Part shown: positions 59,864 to 64,000 of the stretch, piece after piece
Layout of the letters: every line of letters begins with the position of its first letter
How positions within the stretch are numbered: position 1 is the first letter of the stretch
From: an uncultured Verrucomicrobiae bacterium
GTDB taxonomy: Bacteria > Verrucomicrobiota > Verrucomicrobiia > Limisphaerales > UBA11358
NCBI GenBank assembly: GCA_963764035.1
Contig: CAVXQV010000009.1
Location: 177,939-241,938, forward strand
Reading direction: 5' to 3'
Length of the DNA: 64,000 nt
Notes under the pieces: model-generated
Told to the model about the DNA's origin: nothing
The model's input: only the letters and a program-made list of their open reading frames with translations
The model's database searches: none
Program-made: the position numbers and the translations under genes

Positions 59864-60559
59864 ATGAAATCCGATCCAATACAAAAAAAAGACCTGGCCT
59901 TTGCCGGCCAGATGAACACGTTCAAAACCAACATCCCCACCTACGCGACCGTGCTGAAACTGACCACCGACCAGGTGTCCGGCCAGGCGGCGGACGCGGC
60001 GGCGTTCGACTACTGGGTGAAGTGCATGAACATCATGCACAAGGACGCGCAGCAGTTCACGAACTGGAAGAACCTGTTGCGCGACGGCGGCACCCCGCCC
60101 TCCGGCGGAGCGCCGGGCGTGCCGGTGCTGCCCGACCCGGTGCCGGACGTGGCGCCGGGCATCGAGGCGCGTTTCCGCGCGCTGGTGCAGATCACCAAGA
60201 ACAGCACCAGCTACAATGTCGGCATCGGCGAGGCATTGGACATCGAGGGCGCGCAACAGAACCCGCCGGATTACAGCACCTTGATGCCGGTGCTGACGCT
60301 CCGCATCAACGGCAACCGGGTGGAAATCGGCTGGGGCTGGCAGGGCTACGCCGCCTATCTCGACCAGATCGAACTTCAGGTGGATCGCGGCGACGGCAAG
60401 GGTTATGTGGTGCTGACCTACGACACCACGCCCGGCTACACCGATCCCACGCCCTTTCCCGCAACCCCGGCCAAATGGATTTACCGGGGGATTTACCGCT
60501 TGAACGAGGCGCAGGTCGGCCAATGGAGCAGCCCGGTGAGCATCACCGTGGGCGGCTGA
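59864..60559 (+). CDS. Hypothetical cytoplasmic protein, N-terminal helical region plus C-terminal FN3/Ig-like domain
   Basis: 231 aa, no signal peptide. Helical N-half and Pro-rich segment, then VEIGW...IELQVDR...YTD...WIYRGIY...VGQWSSPVSITV. Confidence 0.82.
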   Translation: MKSDPIQKKDLAFAGQMNTFKTNIPTYATVLKLTTDQVSGQAADAAAFDYWVKCMNIMHKDAQQFTNWKNLLRDGGTPPSGGAPGVPVLPDPVPDVAPGIEARFRALVQITKNSTSYNVGIGEALDIEGAQQNPPDYSTLMPVLTLRINGNRVEIGWGWQGYAAYLDQIELQVDRGDGKGYVVLTYDTTPGYTDPTPFPATPAKWIYRGIYRLNEAQVGQWSSPVSITVGG

Positions 60560-60573
60560 TTCTTAAACGCAAA

Positions 60574-60599
60574 ACGGGGCTTGCTCCGGCAAGCCCCGT
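60574..60599. terminator. Stem-loop after the 59864 gene (putative terminator)
   Basis: acggggcttgc-tccg-gcaagccccgt, 11-bp stem; A-tract upstream, no T-tract downstream. Confidence 0.5.
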
Positions 60600-60913
60600 C
60601 GCGCGTCCGCCACGCAGTGACGATTGACAATAGCCCGCCGTTTCAACGGCGGGTTTTTGATTTGAAACCGGCGAGTCCTGAAGGGACGACCGAAATAAAT
60701 TCCCACGTTTCAGCCGCCCCTGTGGGGCTTGGTTCGTTTCCGGTTTTATCCCGCAGTTGAAACTGCGGGCTATTTTCATTTGTCCCTTCGGGACTGAAAT
60801 GATCCGCTTTGAAAATTGTGCGAGGTTCCGATTCGTGGGTGAAATTCAAAATGCGTTCACCAGCGTGGGCGACATGAAACCGAATAGTTCGTGGGAGGTG
60901 AGCATTGGGGAAA

Positions 60914-61132
60914 TTATTTTGAATTTCTAAGGTTACTTAAAAAGGCCGAAACGAGGCAAACAACACCAGAACAGGCGGCAAAAAACATTGCCAACCCCAT
61001 TGCCACATAAAGCAATCTTGGTCTTGATGCCCCAGACTCTTCAACCGCAATCATAATCCCTAAGATAAAATAAATGATGGAGAAAAAAGAAGCCGAATAT
61101 CCTGCCCATTGAGATGTTCTATTTGGTTTCAT
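60914..61132 (-). CDS. Small AT-rich two-TM membrane protein
   Basis: 72 aa with two hydrophobic helices; visibly lower GC than its flanks. Confidence 0.5.
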   Translation of the reverse strand: MKPNRTSQWAGYSASFFSIIYFILGIMIAVEESGASRPRLLYVAMGLAMFFAACSGVVCLVSAFLSNLRNSK

Positions 61133-61174
61133 TCAATTGTTCCTTCGTTTGTTTGTCTATTAAACGGAATTCCA

Positions 61175-61993
61175 TCAGATTGTCGTGAGCGAGATTTTAT
61201 TCTTCCGGGCCAGCGCTTCACAAGTTTCGCGTTCCAGCAACAGCGTCTTGCCGGATTCGAGCGCGAGCACCGCCACGCCGCTCTTCGCGCAAACTTCCAG
61301 CGTCTGCGGGCCGATGCACGGGATGTCGAAGCGCATGTCGTGGTCCGGCTTGGCCACCTTGACGGCCACCGCGCCGCCGTCCCTGCCCGCCAGCCCGCCG
61401 CCGCGCGCGAGGCATTGGTCCGTGCCCTCGAACGCCTCCACCGCCAGCACCGCGCCGTTTTTCACCACGACGGTCTGGCCGATTTCCAGCCGCGAGGTTT
61501 CCCGCGCGATGCGCAGGCCGAATTCCACGTCGGCGGTTTGCCCGTTGGAAAGCTTCGGGCCAAGATTAAATTCCTTTCCGGGCATGAGCGGCGCGAGCCA
61601 GGGCGTGGCGTCAATCAATTCCACGCCGTCCTTTTTCAATTCGTCCGCAATCGCGCCGAAAATGGTATGGGCATTTTTCTCCTTGAGCCGGAGCAGGAGG
61701 CCAATCGTCCGCAAATCGGGCCGGAGGTCGTAAAGATTTTTCGGCGCAATCTGGCCGACCATGACGCATTGCGTGACGCCGCGGTCGGTGAAGGCGGCGA
61801 TCATTTTGGAGAGCTGGCCGACGCGCAGCCAGACGATGTCGTCCACGAGCGGCGCGAGCGCGGGGTCCGTCTCGTTCTCAAATGCGACGGCCACCAGCTT
61901 TGTCACGCCGGCCGCGCGGGCGAGCCGGGCGAATTCCAGCGGCAGCGTGCGGTTGCCGGCGATGAGGCCGAGGGATGCAGGACCGTTGCTCAT
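61175..61993 (-). CDS. lpxI: UDP-2,3-diacylglucosamine diphosphatase LpxI
   Basis: LGLIAGN..LP; EIGQTVVV...VLAVEAFEGTD; VKVAKPDHDMRFDIPCIGPQT. Confidence 0.92.
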   Translation of the reverse strand: MSNGPASLGLIAGNRTLPLEFARLARAAGVTKLVAVAFENETDPALAPLVDDIVWLRVGQLSKMIAAFTDRGVTQCVMVGQIAPKNLYDLRPDLRTIGLLLRLKEKNAHTIFGAIADELKKDGVELIDATPWLAPLMPGKEFNLGPKLSNGQTADVEFGLRIARETSRLEIGQTVVVKNGAVLAVEAFEGTDQCLARGGGLAGRDGGAVAVKVAKPDHDMRFDIPCIGPQTLEVCAKSGVAVLALESGKTLLLERETCEALARKNKISLTTI

Positions 61994-62032
61994 TCCGGCA
62001 ACGAGTGTCGCGCGACCCGCCACCGGTGACAA

Positions 62033-62106
62033 GTGAAACGTGAAACGTGAGGGAAACCCGTCTGTCGTCCTGCCGCCATTTCACGCTTCACGTCTTACGT
62101 TTCACG
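62033..62106. repeat. Inverted heptamer tracts (GTGAAAC)n / (TTTCACG)n
   Basis: gtgaaac-gtgaaac-gtga ... tttcacg-cttcacg-tcttacg-tttcacg. Confidence 0.65.
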
Positions 62107-62257
62107 TTCCAAGCCCCTTGTCCAGTTTTTGGAATGCCTGTCTCATTCGACGAAAACCGGCAGGAGGCGTGGCTCTCAACTCCGGCTCAATTTCCCGCCA
62201 AACGTGACGACTTGCACGCTGGGAGGACATGGCGCGCAGATTGCTTTTCAGGCCTCG

Positions 62258-62572
62258 ATGTCATCGCCTTTGGATTCTCTCCATCAAAAAGTGGCTGCGT
62301 CGCTCGAATCGGGCGGCGCGGGGCCGGCGCGGGAAGCGAAAGCTGATCCGGCCCGGCACATTTCGCCCGCCGTGGCGCACGAATTGAACAACATCCTCAC
62401 CATCATCCAGGGTTTCACCGACCGGCTGCTGCTGAAACACGGTGACAACCCGGCAATCGAGCCGCACCTCAAGTTGATCGCCGCGGCGTCCCGGCGCGCG
62501 GCGACGCTTGTCCGCAGCGCCCGGAACCAGCAGACAAACCCTCCGCCGCTCGTGGCCGCAGAGCAGCCGTGA
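62258..62572 (+). CDS. Stand-alone HisKA (phosphoacceptor) domain protein
   Basis: VAHELNNILTIIQGF...I..ASRRAATLV H-box helix pair; no HATPase domain follows. Confidence 0.65.
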   Translation: MSSPLDSLHQKVAASLESGGAGPAREAKADPARHISPAVAHELNNILTIIQGFTDRLLLKHGDNPAIEPHLKLIAAASRRAATLVRSARNQQTNPPPLVAAEQP

Positions 62573-62672
62573 GGGACGGGAAGCAGCGCGCGGAAACCCG
62601 CCCAGGCAACACCAAGCGAACCTCGCGCCGCATCATTTCTTAAAGCGGCGGCAACATTTCCTGCGGCTCGGG

Positions 62673-64000
62673 TCACGGAACCACGGCCCGGTAAAAGCGG
62701 TCGCGGGAATTGGTTGCCGCGGCGTCGCGGAAATTGAGCACCGCGTTGGTGCCGGTGAAGTTGGTCAACATCACCCAGTTCAGCAGATCCGTCGAGACCT
62801 GAACGTGCCCATTCAGGCCGGGGGAAAGTTGCAGGACAAAGTTCAAGCCATTGCCGGCCAGCGGCTGTCCCGCCGTAAACACCAGATGCAGGTTGAAACT
62901 GTTGCTCGACAGAAAGCTGACGCTGTTGGTGGCTGAATAATTTCCACCCAGATTCACCGCATACGCCTTCACTGTGTTGGTGCCCGCCGCCAGCGTCAAG
63001 GTCGTTGACCAGTTGGTGTAGCTGTTGGTCGTGGCGGCCTGGCTCCATGTCCCCGCGGGCACTATCGCGTTGGTCAACTGATACCAGACCGCGCTGACCT
63101 GCCAGACGTCGCCGGCCGTGCCCACCACATTTGCGATCGCGTTACTCATGTGCTGGCCGGCCGTCGGCGCGCTGATCGTCAGCGTCGGCTTGTTGGTCTC
63201 CACGAAGTTGGCCTGCAAGGTCAGGTTGGATACCATCGTGAAGGGCAGCGCCTTGTTGGTCGCCAGCACACCCCCGAGCCAGTTCGTCGAAACCGTCCAG
63301 TTGGTGAAAACAAAGCCCGTGGCCGGCGCCGAGGTGATGCTGTAGTTCTGGCCAATGTTCAGCCAGGCGTTGCTGTAATTGGGCGAAACCGTCCCCAGCC
63401 CGGTGGTGCGCACGCCCAGTCGATTGGTCACCACGAATTGAAAACTAACTTGGTTGGTGGCCGAAATATTCGCGCCGCTGTCATCCAACGCGACACCTGT
63501 AGGGTCGTAAAACATTGCCGCGTCACCGTTGCCGTCGGCATAGCCAGCGTTGCCGGTATAATTCGTCAAGTCGTAGGTGTCACCGGCTGGCGTTGTCACC
63601 AAGCCCGCCGGAGTGATTTTCCGGATCAAATTGTTGCCGGAATCCGCCACATAGACATTGCCGGAGCCATCCGTTGCCACACCGGCAGGATTGTAGAACA
63701 TGGCCGCGCCGTTGGTGCCGTCGGCATAGCCAGCATTATAGTAGCCGGTAATATTCGTCAGGTCATAGGTGTCGCCGGCCAGCGTCGTCACCACGCCTGC
63801 CGGAGTGATTTTCCGAATCAGGTTATTGTAGGAATCCGCCACATAGACATTGCCGAAGCCATCCACCGCCACGCCGTTAGGGTTGTGGAACATGGCCGCG
63901 CCGTTGGTGCCGTCGGCGTAGCCACCATTATAATTGCCGGCATAATTTGTCAGGTCATAGGTGTCGCCGGCCAGCGTCGTCACCACGCCTGCCGGAGTGA
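62673..64000 (-). CDS. NHL-repeat secreted protein with Ig-like stalk and C-terminal module (5' end outside window)
   Basis: Three 64-aa (192-bp) NHL repeats, F.NP.GVAvDg.GNVYVADS.NNLIRKITPAG. The last about 265 aa are highly similar to the C-terminus of the 14012 protein. Confidence 0.88.
   Translation of the reverse strand, partial: TPAGVVTTLAGDTYDLTNYAGNYNGGYADGTNGAAMFHNPNGVAVDGFGNVYVADSYNNLIRKITPAGVVTTLAGDTYDLTNITGYYNAGYADGTNGAAMFYNPAGVATDGSGNVYVADSGNNLIRKITPAGLVTTPAGDTYDLTNYTGNAGYADGNGDAAMFYDPTGVALDDSGANISATNQVSFQFVVTNRLGVRTTGLGTVSPNYSNAWLNIGQNYSITSAPATGFVFTNWTVSTNWLGGVLATNKALPFTMVSNLTLQANFVETNKPTLTISAPTAGQHMSNAIANVVGTAGDVWQVSAVWYQLTNAIVPAGTWSQAATTNSYTNWSTTLTLAAGTNTVKAYAVNLGGNYSATNSVSFLSSNSFNLHLVFTAGQPLAGNGLNFVLQLSPGLNGHVQVSTDLLNWVMLTNFTGTNAVLNFRDAAATNSRDRFYRAVVP

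Noticed and set aside
59203..59879. Heptad-repeat ORFs spanning the arrays (59354..59833 +, 59203..59799 -, 707..1117 +, 766..1095 -)
   Set aside because: Several frames on both strands are open at once, as expected from a stop-poor palindromic DNA repeat with a period divisible by 3. There is no convincing start or RBS. Translation is not strictly excluded.
63560..64000. Diversity-generating retroelement template/variable repeats in the 192-bp NHL units
   Set aside because: These are tandem in-frame domain repeats, the differences are not adenine-specific, and no reverse transcriptase is in the window.

Overview
GC-rich bacterial window, most likely Verrucomicrobiota subdivision 3 (Pedosphaera/Limisphaera-like). 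This is inferred from GloVer-type repeats, an H-X9-DG prepilin protein, the intergenic repeat families and the C-terminal module on the secreted proteins. Contents in order: (i) an AP2-like gene and a cytoplasmic helical+FN3 gene separated by a 13 x 21-bp dyad array; (ii) a frameshifted porin-cytochrome operon (about 9-heme cytochrome, 8-heme MtrA/DmsE-like lipoprotein, MtrB/PioB-like barrel), followed by a lipoprotein-resB-ccsA System II maturation operon; (iii) large secreted Asn/Thr-rich proteins (GloVer, GH95-like, two LamG/Ig paralogs, NHL) sharing a C-terminal module; (iv) a cobalamin riboswitch operon, ABC exporter, mdh, a PA14 sensor kinase/LuxR pair, an sxtIJK-like carbamoyltransferase cassette, GH43 and glnD; (v) tRNA-Gly(CCC) with a truncated recombinase-like ORF reading through it, a second cytochrome-porin-cytochrome operon, and lpxI. 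The best candidate for an undescribed system is four degenerate arrays with 21-bp period, each built on a different dyad-symmetric core. The two long arrays lie upstream of similar signal-peptide-less helical+FN3/Ig genes, and two arrays share an 18-nt flank (17/18 identical). Clusters of single-base indels at about 3.2-11.3 kb and 45.6-49.6 kb are probably assembly errors. All family assignments come from motif recognition by eye; no database searches were run.
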